Part shown: piece after piece, positions 28,276 to 39,138 of the stretch
Layout: each line of letters begins with the position of its first letter
Numbering within the stretch: position 1 is the first letter of the stretch
Assembly (NCBI GenBank): GCA_965207735.1
Contig: OZ242296.1
Span: 4,672,001-4,736,000, forward strand
Length of the DNA: 64,000 nucleotides
Direction of reading: 5' to 3'
Source of the DNA: Candidatus Versatilivorator sp.
GTDB taxonomy: Bacteria > Acidobacteriota > Terriglobia > Versatilivoradales > Versatilivoraceae
Notes under the pieces: model-generated
What the model was told of the DNA's origin: nothing
What the model saw: only the letters and a program-made list of their open reading frames with translations
Database searches by the model: none
Made by a program: the position numbers and the translations under genes

Positions 28276-30773
28276 CGCTTCCATCCTCGCCAGGCAAGAT
28301 CCAGCAGCAGCGCCGCCAGGATCAAGCCGCCCACCACCAGGTCGGTCTGTTGATCCGAGACTCCCCAACGCACCAGGGCGCTGTTGACCAGCCTCAACAG
28401 CAGAGCCCCCAGCACCACACCCAGCACCGTGCCCCGGCCGCCGGTGATGCCCACGCCGCCGATGACGGCCACGGCGATGGCGCTCAGTTCCCATCCGGCT
28501 CCCAGGCGGGCCTGCATCTGCTGGCCCATGGAGAGCTGGAGGACTCCCGCCAGTCCGGCCAGCAGCCCGCCCAGGCCGAAGGTGACCGGCCAGAGACGTG
28601 CCTTGGAAAGACCCAGCAGGCCGGCGGCTCGAGGAGCCGAGCCCAGCGCGTAGACATGACGGCCGCTGCGGGTGTGGGCCATCCAGATATAAACCAGCAG
28701 AACCACCAGCGCGGCCACCGCCACCGCGCCCCGGAAGCCGGTTGCCGGATCGATGGTTAGCCGGCCGAACTCGGGCGGCAGTCCGGTCATGGACTTGCCT
28801 CCCAGCATGGTGATCACCAGTCCGCGGTAGATGGTCAGAGTTCCCAGGGTCACCACAATGGGGTGAAGTCCTCCCAACAGTGACAGAACCGCGTTCAGAA
28901 CCCCTGCCGCGGTTCCCGCCAGAAGTCCGGCCACGATTGCGACGGGAATCAGGAACTCGGGCGAATAGGGCAGCTTAAGCACCAAGGCGGCGGAGGCCGC
29001 CGACAGAGCCACCATGGAGCCGATCGAAATGTCGATTCCCCGGCCCACGATGACCGAGGCGGCCGCCAAGCCCAGAATGGCCCAGAGGGAGGCGTGGGTC
29101 AGCAGATTCAACAGGCTGAACCCCTCGGTGGAAACCGTCAGCCACAGGCCCAGCCCGGCCACGCACAGCAGCAGCGCCAGCTCGTTGAAGGACCGTCCCT
29201 GAAACCGCGAAGCGCTGGACCGGAGCCGGCCGGCGGACGCTTCTTCGGAACCCTGCCGGGGCAGGGCCGCGGCGGCAATGCGGGCAGGGCCGGCCTGGCG
29301 GGGATCGAACTCCCCGGCAATCTCCCCCTCGCGAAAGACCACCACCCGGTCGGAATGTTTCAGGATCTCGGGCAGTTCGGAAGAGATCAGGAGGATGGCG
29401 CAACCCTCCCGGGCCAGGTGGCGCAAGTGCCGATGGATCTCGGCCTTGGCGCCCACGTCCACGCCGCGGGTGGGCTCGTCCAGAATGAGAACACTGGGCT
29501 GGGCCAGCAGCCAGCGCCCCAGGACCACCTTCTGCTGATTGCCGCCCGACAGTTGTTGGACCGGCTGTTCGGTGGATCGGTAGCGCACCTCCAGCCGGCC
29601 GGCGACCTGGCGGGTCGCCTGCTGTTCCCGGGTCCTGCTGGCCAGAAGGCCACGGGTCCAGCGACGCAGCGTCGAGAGCACCGCGTTGGAGCGGACGGGC
29701 AGACCCAGGCAGAGTCCCTGGCTCAGGCGGTCCTCGGGAACGTAGGCGATTCCGGCCTTGAGAGCCTCCCGAGGCCGGTCGATTTCGCACTGGTTGCCGT
29801 CTATTCGGACCAGTCCCTCGGCGGGCCTCAGACCGAACACCGCCCGGGCAAACTCGCTGCGTCCGGCGCCCACCAGCCCATAAATCCCCACGATTTCACC
29901 CGATCCGGCCTTGAGATCGAGCTGTCGAAAGCGGCCGCCCCGGTCGGTGAACCCGCTGACCTGGAAGCGGAGGGGCGCTTCCCGGGCGATGGGGGCGCTT
30001 GCCCGACTGGAGGAAGTGGTCCCCAGAGTCGAGGCCGCCCGTCCCACCATGGCCTCGATGGTCTCCTCGGGACCCACGGACTTCCTGGACCGGGTCCACA
30101 CCTTGAGGCCGTCCCGCAATACCGTAATGCGATCGGCCAGGCGAAAGATCTCTTCCTGGCGATGGGAGATATAGAGGATGCCGGCGCCGTCCGCCTTCAG
30201 GCGGGCGATCTGCTGGAACAGCCAGCGGGCCTCCTCCCCGCTCAAGGCGCTGGTGGGCTCGTCCAGCACCACCACCCTGGCGTTCTGCAGGATGGCAGCC
30301 GCCACCTGGATCATCTGGCGGTGAGCCACGCTGAGCCGGGAGGCGGGCTGGCGGACGTCGATTGTCTCGCCGATCTGCCGAACCGTCTCCCGGGCCTGGC
30401 GGTGCACCTGGTTCCAATCCACCAGTCCGGGGCCGCGGAGCGGGAGCCCGGCGGCCAGCGCCATGTTCTCCGCAACCGAAAGGGTGGGGAAGAGCTCCAC
30501 CTCCTGGTGGACGGTGACCATTCCCTGGGCGCGGGCGGCGACCGGCGTGGGCCAACGCACTTCGCGGCCCTGGAAGAACAGCTTTCCGGAGTCGGGAGCC
30601 AATGCTCCACAGATGATCTTGATCAGGGTGCTCTTTCCGGCGCCGTTCTCGCCCACCAGGGCATGGACTTCGCCCGGATGGAGATCCAGGGACACCCCAC
30701 CGAGGGCCACGACCCCTGGAAAGGTCCGCCGGATATTTACCACCTGAAGGATGGGACGGTTATCGTTTTCCAT
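28272..30773 (-). CDS. sugar ABC transporter: tandem ATPase fused to a permease
   Basis: GENGAGKS, LSGGNQQK, DEPTRGVD, followed by permease motifs IDISIGS and ELSAIAVAVIGG. Confidence 0.9.
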   Translation of the reverse strand: MENDNRPILQVVNIRRTFPGVVALGGVSLDLHPGEVHALVGENGAGKSTLIKIICGALAPDSGKLFFQGREVRWPTPVAARAQGMVTVHQEVELFPTLSVAENMALAAGLPLRGPGLVDWNQVHRQARETVRQIGETIDVRQPASRLSVAHRQMIQVAAAILQNARVVVLDEPTSALSGEEARWLFQQIARLKADGAGILYISHRQEEIFRLADRITVLRDGLKVWTRSRKSVGPEETIEAMVGRAASTLGTTSSSRASAPIAREAPLRFQVSGFTDRGGRFRQLDLKAGSGEIVGIYGLVGAGRSEFARAVFGLRPAEGLVRIDGNQCEIDRPREALKAGIAYVPEDRLSQGLCLGLPVRSNAVLSTLRRWTRGLLASRTREQQATRQVAGRLEVRYRSTEQPVQQLSGGNQQKVVLGRWLLAQPSVLILDEPTRGVDVGAKAEIHRHLRHLAREGCAILLISSELPEILKHSDRVVVFREGEIAGEFDPRQAGPARIAAAALPRQGSEEASAGRLRSSASRFQGRSFNELALLLCVAGLGLWLTVSTEGFSLLNLLTHASLWAILGLAAASVIVGRGIDISIGSMVALSAASAALVLKLPYSPEFLIPVAIVAGLLAGTAAGVLNAVLSLLGGLHPIVVTLGTLTIYRGLVITMLGGKSMTGLPPEFGRLTIDPATGFRGAVAVAALVVLLVYIWMAHTRSGRHVYALGSAPRAAGLLGLSKARLWPVTFGLGGLLAGLAGVLQLSMGQQMQARLGAGWELSAIAVAVIGGVGITGGRGTVLGVVLGALLLRLVNSALVRWGVSDQQTDLVVGGLILAALLLDLAWRGWKR

Positions 30774-30852
30774 TTCGGCTTGGCTTGTGACCTATGGACT
30801 CGTCACTAAACCCTTGTCTACCTGCCCGGTTAGGTCCCCGCTAACGTCAATT

Positions 30853-30896
30853 CACTGACCACTGACCACTGACCACTGGCCACTGTCTCTCCACTG
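30853..30896. repeat. CACTGAC heptamer tandem repeat
   Basis: CACTGAC three times, then CACTGGC and CACTG. Confidence 0.7.
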
Positions 30897-30898
30897 TC

Positions 30899-32026
30899 TC
30901 ACCGAAACACGTCGCCCATCGACTGGCCGGCGTAGCCGGTCATCTCCAGATATCCGCGGCCTGAAACCGGCTCGGCGCCCCGGGCGCCTGTCACCACCAC
31001 CGCACCCTCCCAGTAGGTCACCCCGGTGGACCACCGGGTACGCAACTCCTGGTCCGGTTGGGCGGCGGTCACCGTCAGGCTCAGTCCCTGGCGGGGAAGC
31101 CTCAGGCGCCATTGAATGGGGTAACGGGCTCCGCTGTGAGGCGACTGCCAGGTCCGCACCGGTTCCAGACTGAAGTCGGACCTGCCCAGGGCTTGGGGTT
31201 TTCCGGAGGCGTCCAGCAGCGTACCGCCGGAATTGGGATCGCGCCGTCCGTCGGACCGGCGCAGTTGGAACACCATCAGGTCCTGGCCGCTGTCCAACTG
31301 GAGGGCGAACCAGTCCCAACCGATCTGTTCCGGCTCCAGAAAGCTGGTGCCGAATTCATGGTCCATCCAGCTCGAGCCGGTGATTTCGAATTCCCGGCCG
31401 TCAACTCGGATGCTGCCTCGGGTGGGCATCCGCGTGAGGGAATAGTAATGGGAGGCGTTCCCCTCCTGAGCTCCTTTTTGACTGAGTCCGGCCTGGCCGT
31501 GCAGGAGGGGTTGCCGGCCGGGCTCCAGTACCAGGTCGATTCCGAAATCCCCGTCCCGGGCCCGCAGCCGGTGGCGGCCGTCGCTGTCGAGCCCGGCTTC
31601 CCAGCTCTGGTTCCAGACGCGGTAGGTTTCGGTAGAGGCTCCGGCCCATCCCGGTCCGGCGCGGTTCAACCGTTCGGCAAAATGGAAACGGCCGGTCTCG
31701 AGGTCGCTCAGCGCCAGGTGGGCCATGAAGAGGTCGCGGACCGCCCAGCGGGAGGGGTTTTCCGGACGGGTTCGGACCCCTGCCCGAAAGAAGGTGAGCT
31801 GGAAGCCGAACCGCCGCGAGCTGCTGTCCACCAGGTTCCCGGTGTAGTACCACCACTCGATCCGGTACTCGGGGTGGCTGGCGTGGTCACGGGGAAATTG
31901 CAGGCGGTAGCCAGGACTGGCCTGCCGCCAGGTTTGAGCCCAGCCCAGGGTTGCCAGCAGGCAGGGAACCAGGATCGCCGCCGGCAGGAGCCACGGCCGC
32001 CATCGCGGCCAGACCGGAAACTTCAT
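30899..32026 (-). CDS. lipocalin-like/carotenoid 1,2-hydratase (CrtC/AttH-like) protein
   Basis: FPRDHASHPEYRIEWWYYTG, WMDHEF, GWDWF, YWEGAV, GYLEMTGY. Confidence 0.88.
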   Translation of the reverse strand: MKFPVWPRWRPWLLPAAILVPCLLATLGWAQTWRQASPGYRLQFPRDHASHPEYRIEWWYYTGNLVDSSSRRFGFQLTFFRAGVRTRPENPSRWAVRDLFMAHLALSDLETGRFHFAERLNRAGPGWAGASTETYRVWNQSWEAGLDSDGRHRLRARDGDFGIDLVLEPGRQPLLHGQAGLSQKGAQEGNASHYYSLTRMPTRGSIRVDGREFEITGSSWMDHEFGTSFLEPEQIGWDWFALQLDSGQDLMVFQLRRSDGRRDPNSGGTLLDASGKPQALGRSDFSLEPVRTWQSPHSGARYPIQWRLRLPRQGLSLTVTAAQPDQELRTRWSTGVTYWEGAVVVTGARGAEPVSGRGYLEMTGYAGQSMGDVFR

Positions 32027-32120
32027 CCGGCGACGGAGCTCCTTGCCGGGACCGCGACTCGGCCCGAACCGCTCACCTGGAAGCCGGAGCAGCATGAACA
32101 CGATTTCCTTTCCGTGATTC

Positions 32121-34694
32121 TCAGGCTTCCCGGGACGGCGGCACCCGTCCGGCCCGGTAGGCGGGATAGATGCCCGAAAGCGCCGTGGCCAGCAGGATCA
32201 GAAGCGATGACTGCAGCAGGAAGCCCGCGGGCAGGTGATACTGGATGGTCCAGCCGAAACTCTGGACGTTGATCACAAAAATGAGAATCAGAGAGAGCAG
32301 AATTCCGGCCGCCACTCCCAGGCCCTGGCTTATCGCACCCAACAGCGCTGCCTCGATGACCACCATCTTCCGGATTTGCCGCTGTTCCGCTCCGGTCCAG
32401 CGCAGCAAAGCCAATTCCGGTTTGCGGTCCAGGATCAGGGTGATGAGGGTGGCGGCCACGCCGAGAATGGCCACGGCCACGGCGATGATCTCCAGAGCAT
32501 AGGTAATCGTAAAGGTATTGTCGAAAATTCTCAGGACTTCCGTTTTCAGAGAAGCGTTGGTATGCACGAAAACACGCGATTGGGGAGGAAGTCCCGCAAG
32601 GATCTCCGAGCGGACCCGTTCCGGGTCGAGTCCCTCATTCAGATAGACCGCCAGGCTGCGGGGAGGCTGGTCTCCGTAATATTTCCGGAAGGTGCTGCGG
32701 TCCAGAGCCACAATGCCCTGATCGCTCGAGTAGTCGTAGTAGACGGCGGCGACCCGAAAGGCACGCTGCCCCCGGGGCGTGTTGAGCACCACTGCGTCCC
32801 CCACCGTCTTCCGGTGCCGGAGCGCGAAACTCTCCGAGACCACCGCCGCATCTTGTCCGATGGCTGCCCTCACGGCCGATCTCCCATCCCGTGGGGCTTT
32901 GAACAGCAGTCCCGCGCGGTCCAACTGGACCGCAAAGTCGCCTGATCCCAGCAGCGCTTGGCGGCCCTGGTAGTCGATGGTGAAGCTGGTGAAGCGGTCC
33001 ACGGCGGCCACCCCGGGGTTTGCGGCAACCAACCGCACCAACTCGGGAGAAAGGCTCGACTCCGAATAGATGTTGGAACGGGTGGCCGGCGCCAGATAGA
33101 GGTCGGCTTGCAGTGTCTGCTGCACCCAGTACTGAACCGTCTCCCGGAAGCTGCCGATCATGACGGCAATGGCCGTGAGCATGGAAAGGCTCACCGCCAG
33201 GGCCGCCACCGAGATCGATATGCGGGGAATGGATCCGCTGAGATTGGCGTTGGCCAGCAGTGCCTCCACCCCCGTCCATCGCCGAGTGAGCCGGGAGCCG
33301 GCCCGCCCCGAGACATGCAGCACCGCCGGTACCAGAAAGGCCACCGCGAAGACGGTGGCCAGGCAGGCCGCGTAGCCGAAGAGGGGGATGCCGTCGACCG
33401 AATCCAGGCAGGCGAACCCCAGGGCCAGGGCGGCCAGGATCGGAGGAATCCAGCGTTGCCTCCAGCTCAGGCGGTAACGGCTTTCGAGCCGGTCGGCGCC
33501 GCGGACCGCTTCGGTCGGAGCCACCCGCGAAGCCTCCAGGGCGGGGACCAGCGCAGCCAGCAGCGCCAGGGGGATGCCCACCGCAAACGCCAGAACCAGA
33601 TGTTCCACGCCTACTGGCACCGGTTCGGCGGCCGATCTGATGTAGAGCCGATCCAGGGTTGAACTTGTCAGACTCAGGGCGCCGCGGGCCAGCCAGCCTC
33701 CCAACAGGATTCCGAGAGCACATCCCAGGGTCGCCAGCAGGCCGGCTTCCGCCAGGAACAACCCCGCCACCTGCCGCCGGGAGCCGCCCACGGCCCGCAG
33801 GATCCCGATTTCCCGGCGGCGGGTGATGACCGAGAGCGACACCGTGTTGTAGATGAGAAACAGGCCGACCAGCAGGGCGATGTGGGAGAGGGCGGTCAGG
33901 TTGAAGTGGAAGGCCTCCAGCATCTTCTCCACTTGCCTCCCACGCCGGGATGGCCGCTGGACGGTCAATCCCTGTGGCAGCCGGGCCGCGATGGCGGCTT
34001 CGGCCTGTTCGATCCCGGTCCCCGGCTTCAAGCGCAGGTCGACGCGGTCGATCCGACCCAGGCGCCCCAGAAGCCACTGGGCGGCCGCGATGTCCATCAG
34101 GGCAAAGGTCCCGTTCAGGGCCCGGGCCGGCCCCCGGTCCAGAAGCAGTCCGCGCACCGTCAGGGTTTCCCGGCGATCCCTGACGTCGAGGTCGAGGCTG
34201 GAATCCGGGTCCAGGCCATGGCGGCGGGCCAACTTCTGTGTCAGCAGAATGGCGCTGGGGTCGCTGAGCAGTTGCAGAAACTCGCGGGGGCCGGGGGATT
34301 GCGACTGGCCGGTGAACCGCACCAGCCGGTAGTCGCGAAAACTCTCGTCCCTGAGAATGTCGACCCCGAGGATTCTTAGCCACTCCCTGTCCCCCGAGGG
34401 AAATGAAGCCCGGGCTTCGCCTTCGATGATGGGGCTGATCCGTCCGAACTGCTCCAGCCAGTCCAGTTCCAGCAGCCGCTCTTCCCTTAGACCGGGGCCT
34501 GTCCCCACGATCTCCAGCGAGGTCTTGCCGGCCACCATTTCCAGAGCGGTCTCGAAGCTCCGGACCGAGCTCTGATTGGCCATCCAAACCGCCAGCACCA
34601 CGGCGATGCCCAGGGCGACGCCTAACACCGTGGCCAGGGAGCGCAGCTTTTCCTCTCGCAGTCGGCGCAGGATGAATGTCCGGAAAAGGAACAT
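32121..34694 (-). CDS. FtsX-like ABC transporter permease
   Basis: GLFLIYNT...[12 protein letters not shown], with a duplicated C-terminal FtsX domain. Confidence 0.88.
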   Translation of the reverse strand: MFLFRTFILRRLREEKLRSLATVLGVALGIAVVLAVWMANQSSVRSFETALEMVAGKTSLEIVGTGPGLREERLLELDWLEQFGRISPIIEGEARASFPSGDREWLRILGVDILRDESFRDYRLVRFTGQSQSPGPREFLQLLSDPSAILLTQKLARRHGLDPDSSLDLDVRDRRETLTVRGLLLDRGPARALNGTFALMDIAAAQWLLGRLGRIDRVDLRLKPGTGIEQAEAAIAARLPQGLTVQRPSRRGRQVEKMLEAFHFNLTALSHIALLVGLFLIYNTVSLSVITRRREIGILRAVGGSRRQVAGLFLAEAGLLATLGCALGILLGGWLARGALSLTSSTLDRLYIRSAAEPVPVGVEHLVLAFAVGIPLALLAALVPALEASRVAPTEAVRGADRLESRYRLSWRQRWIPPILAALALGFACLDSVDGIPLFGYAACLATVFAVAFLVPAVLHVSGRAGSRLTRRWTGVEALLANANLSGSIPRISISVAALAVSLSMLTAIAVMIGSFRETVQYWVQQTLQADLYLAPATRSNIYSESSLSPELVRLVAANPGVAAVDRFTSFTIDYQGRQALLGSGDFAVQLDRAGLLFKAPRDGRSAVRAAIGQDAAVVSESFALRHRKTVGDAVVLNTPRGQRAFRVAAVYYDYSSDQGIVALDRSTFRKYYGDQPPRSLAVYLNEGLDPERVRSEILAGLPPQSRVFVHTNASLKTEVLRIFDNTFTITYALEIIAVAVAILGVAATLITLILDRKPELALLRWTGAEQRQIRKMVVIEAALLGAISQGLGVAAGILLSLILIFVINVQSFGWTIQYHLPAGFLLQSSLLILLATALSGIYPAYRAGRVPPSREA

Positions 34695-34728
34695 CAGAGG
34701 CTTCGGCTGAGGAGCGCGGGCAGGGGGC

Positions 34729-35460
<732 letters not shown>

Positions 35461-35893
35461 CCCCCGGCTCTCAAACGGGGCTATGATAGTGCAAAATCGG
35501 ACCGATTGAGGGGTTATCCGCACCGGGAATCGAAGCACCCAAATGGAAATCCAAAAAGAGTGATCCACGAAGAGGCGCCCAGCGCGGAAATTCCAGTGAT
35601 GCAATAACGTCCCCCGGTTGTCATCAATGCGTTAGGGCCCTTCAATCCCTCCCTGCCCTCGTTGGGCTCCGAAATCAAAGCTGCGTCCCAGCCGCCGCCC
35701 GCCGTCCGGTCGGATAAGCCTGTTGCGAGACAAGCTGAGATCGATAGCTGCCTACATCGGGATCTCGGCCATGAAAGTCATGAAGATAACGCGAAAAGGC
35801 CTGATTATTCACACTATTGACATGCAGCTTTTTTGCACAATTAGACTCGATGACGGGGCGGCTTGGTGCGTTGAACTCAAGGGAGGTTTTCGG

Positions 35894-38533
35894 ATGTCCG
35901 GACGAGTAATCGCAAGGGGTGTCTTGGGAGTCTGGATGGGGTGTTTCACGGCTGCGGCCGGGCTGCTTCCCGAGGCCCGGGGTCAAAGCCCTGCAGCCGA
36001 CAGGGTGGCTCTGGCGGCCCTCTTCGAAGCCACCGGTGGCGCCACTTGGAGTAATAACCGAAACTGGCTGAGTGACGAGCCTTTGGAGGAGTGGCACGGC
36101 GTCACCGTCGACGAGGGGCGGGTCACCATGCTGGATCTCAACAACAACCAACTGACGGGCGCCGTTCCGTCTGAACTGGGGGACCTCGCCGATCTGCAGG
36201 AGCTGGTTATGTCCCACAACCAACTGACGGGCGCCATCCCGGCGGAGCTGGGGAATCTCTCTAACCTGCAGCGACTGATTCTCGACAACAACCAGTTGAC
36301 GGGCTCCACCCCGGCCGAACTGGGAGACCTCGCCGACCTGCAGCAGCTGTGGCTCGACCACAACCAACTGACGGGCACCATTCCGGCCGAGTTGGGGAAG
36401 CTCGCCGACCTCCAGCTGCTGATTCTCGACCACAACCAATTGACGGGCGCCATCCCGGCCGAGCTGGGAGACCTCGCCGACCTGCAGCAGCTGTGGCTCG
36501 ACCACAACCAACTGACGGGCGCCATCCCGGCGGAACTGGGGAAGCTTGCCAACCTGCAGCATTTGGTTCTCGACAACAACGAACTGACGGGCGAGATTCC
36601 GGGGGAACTGGGGGACCTCGCCAACCTGCAGCAGCTGTGGCTCAACTTCAACGAACTGACAGGCGAGATTCCGGCCGAACTGGGAGACCTTGCCAACCTG
36701 AAGTGGCTGGTTCTCGACAACAACGAACTGACGGGCGAGATTCCGGGGGAACTGGGGGACCTCGCCAACCTGCAGCAGCTGTGGCTCAACTTCAACCAAC
36801 TGACAGGCGCGATTCCGGCTGAGCTGGGGAATCTCGCCAACCTGCAGCTGCGGTATCTCGACAACAACCAACTGACGGGCGCCATTCCGTCCGAGCTGGG
36901 AAAGCTCGCCAACCTGCAGCAGCTAGCTCTCCACGGCAACCAACTGACGGGTCCCATTCCACTGTCTTTCACCAACCTGGGGTCATTGGAATTGTTCTGG
37001 TTTCATCTGAACCCTGGTCTGTGCCATCAGCCGGGCCCCTCCATTCGGGCTTGGCTCGATGGTATCGGAGACGTCCAAGTCGCGAGCTGCCCTTTCATGT
37101 TCGTCCCCGTGCTGCTGACCTCGGCTGGGCGCAACGACGCTTTCTTCACCTCCGAGCTGACCCTGACCAACCGGGGGAGCGAAGAGGCCACCCTCGACTA
37201 CACCTACACGGCCGATGCGGGAGGCGGCAGCGGCACCGCCACCGACACCCTGCCCCCGGGGCAGCAGCGTATCCAATCCAACGCCATCGACTACCTGGCC
37301 GGCCTCGGCATCCCTATTCCCGACTCCGGAAACCGCATTGGGACCCTGAGAGTGGAGGTTTCTGGTTCCCTCGAGGTGAGCCTGACCACCCGCACCACCA
37401 CCGCCGTCCCCGACGGTCGGGCCGGCCTGGCCTACCCCTCCATCGCCGAGGAGGAGGGCTTCCAGGAAGCCGTTTACCTGTGTGGGCTGCGCCAGAACAC
37501 TCAGGATCGCTCCAACGTGGCCTTCCAGCACATGGGAGCTCCCGATGAGGGTCCCATCACCCTGAGGACCACCGCCTATTACGGGGAGGCCGACGACACC
37601 GGCTCCCTGGTGGTGGGAGAGGTGGAGCTGCAGCCGGGAGGCTTCCACCAGTACTCGGGACTGCTGGGAAGGCTGGGCACTCCGGCCCAGGGCTACGTGA
37701 AGGTGGAAAAGGTCTCCGGAGAGGCCCCGTTCTACGCCTACGGGGTCATCAACGACAACTTCAACTCGGACGGCTCCTTCGTATTTCCCCTGACCGCATC
37801 CTCCCTGGTGGGCACGACGGGACAGACCCTGCCGGTCATCATCGAGACCGGAAACTTCCAGAGCGAGCTGACGGTGACCAACTTCTCGGCCACGGACAAG
37901 ACCGTGACCTTCAGCTTCGTGGCCGAAGGGGTCGACAGAGGAGACGACACGGCCACCTTCAGCCTGAGGCTCAAGGCGGGAGAACAGCACATCCTGCCCG
38001 GTATCGTGGAGGAACTGCGACGGCGGGAGGTGGAGGGGATCGGCGGGGCTGACCGGGCCTACGTGGGAGCGCTGTTCGCCACGCCTGCCGAGGGGGACAT
38101 GAGCGGCATCGTGATCGGGGCGAGGACGGGGGCGCCGGACCAGAGAGGGGGACAGTACAGCCTCTTCTACAACGGGGTGCCCTATGGCTCGGCTTCCGTA
38201 GAGAGCGCCTGGATCTACGGGCTGCAGCAGAACGCGGAGAACCGCAGCAACCTGGCCCTGGTGAATACGGGGGAGATCGACGATACCCCCAGCACCTTCG
38301 AGATCACGATTTATGACGGCAGCGGGGAGTCTCAGCCGAGGGGCATTACCAGGACCGTCGGTCCCCACCGCTGGCACCAAGTCAACGGGATTCTGAGCAA
38401 CACCAGCCAGGGATATGTGCAGGTGCGAAAGGTTTCGGGCAACAACCCGTTCATTTCCTACGGCGTGATCAACGACGGCGGGAGGCCCGGGGAACGCAGC
38501 GGGGACGGCGCCTTCCTGCCTGCCCAGGAGTAG
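35894..38533 (+). CDS. secreted leucine-rich repeat protein (plant-type LRR) with a duplicated C-terminal beta-rich domain
   Basis: GGAGG RBS; signal peptide; LRR N-cap DRVALAALFEATGG..W..NW; twelve 24-aa LxLxxNQLTGxIPxELGxLxxL repeats. Confidence 0.9.
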   Translation: MSGRVIARGVLGVWMGCFTAAAGLLPEARGQSPAADRVALAALFEATGGATWSNNRNWLSDEPLEEWHGVTVDEGRVTMLDLNNNQLTGAVPSELGDLADLQELVMSHNQLTGAIPAELGNLSNLQRLILDNNQLTGSTPAELGDLADLQQLWLDHNQLTGTIPAELGKLADLQLLILDHNQLTGAIPAELGDLADLQQLWLDHNQLTGAIPAELGKLANLQHLVLDNNELTGEIPGELGDLANLQQLWLNFNELTGEIPAELGDLANLKWLVLDNNELTGEIPGELGDLANLQQLWLNFNQLTGAIPAELGNLANLQLRYLDNNQLTGAIPSELGKLANLQQLALHGNQLTGPIPLSFTNLGSLELFWFHLNPGLCHQPGPSIRAWLDGIGDVQVASCPFMFVPVLLTSAGRNDAFFTSELTLTNRGSEEATLDYTYTADAGGGSGTATDTLPPGQQRIQSNAIDYLAGLGIPIPDSGNRIGTLRVEVSGSLEVSLTTRTTTAVPDGRAGLAYPSIAEEEGFQEAVYLCGLRQNTQDRSNVAFQHMGAPDEGPITLRTTAYYGEADDTGSLVVGEVELQPGGFHQYSGLLGRLGTPAQGYVKVEKVSGEAPFYAYGVINDNFNSDGSFVFPLTASSLVGTTGQTLPVIIETGNFQSELTVTNFSATDKTVTFSFVAEGVDRGDDTATFSLRLKAGEQHILPGIVEELRRREVEGIGGADRAYVGALFATPAEGDMSGIVIGARTGAPDQRGGQYSLFYNGVPYGSASVESAWIYGLQQNAENRSNLALVNTGEIDDTPSTFEITIYDGSGESQPRGITRTVGPHRWHQVNGILSNTSQGYVQVRKVSGNNPFISYGVINDGGRPGERSGDGAFLPAQE
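36131..36994 (+). repeat. 72-bp coding tandem repeat, 12 units
   Basis: Recurring AACCAACTGACGGGC core at a 72-bp period. Confidence 0.9.
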
Positions 38534-38646
38534 CCCATTGCTTGCTGGCGCCGCCGGATGTCCTTGTGTCGAGAGTCAATCGCACGCCACAGAGCCAGAC
38601 CAATCCCCAAGATGGCAACGATGATCGCAATGGTGTCAGCGTTCAT
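38534..38646 (-). pseudogene. remnant of a small single-TM protein gene
   Basis: MNADTIAIIVAILGIGLALWRAID... runs into the 3' end of the LRR gene without its own stop codon. Confidence 0.35.
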
Positions 38647-39138
38647 GAAGTCCATCAAATCATGTAGGATCCCTTGCCTCCAGGTGTTCGGGTCGTCGGA
38701 ACCCGAGAAGATGCAGTAGAGGGCAACTGAGGACCTCTTTTTTCGCCCAGGACGGCCAAGATTCGCCCAGGAAGCGTTTTCGGGGTGTTAGGGTACTTCG
38801 GAAGCCGAGAAACCGTAGCCCGGCCCACAAAGCTCAAGAATTTTGGGGTAATAGTGGAATTCCTTGTCCTCCTGGTCGCCTCTCTATTTTTCTTCAAACT
38901 CTTCAGGTGTCTATTCCTTCGGCCACAGCTCCGACACTTCAAGTCCTTCAAGAGAACGAGAAAGAGACGCTACAGCCCCAAGAAACAGTCTGAGGCGAAC
39001 GATTACCGGCAGGGCAACGACTATTGGAAAGGCCTAGATCAACAGTCAGAAATCGTCAATCAACAATTCATTGGCCAATCCCCTAGCGTCCCTTGGTGGA
39101 TCTTCGTGCCCCTTCGCGGATAACTCTTTTCATCATCC

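Noticed and set aside
36131-36994. 72-bp repeats as a non-coding array or DGR template/variable pair
   Set aside because: These are in-frame LRR units; no reverse transcriptase is present and no adenine-specific variation is evident.
38655-39123. Overlapping short ORFs in the lower-GC patch
   Set aside because: No motif or clear RBS, so neither strand can be supported as coding.
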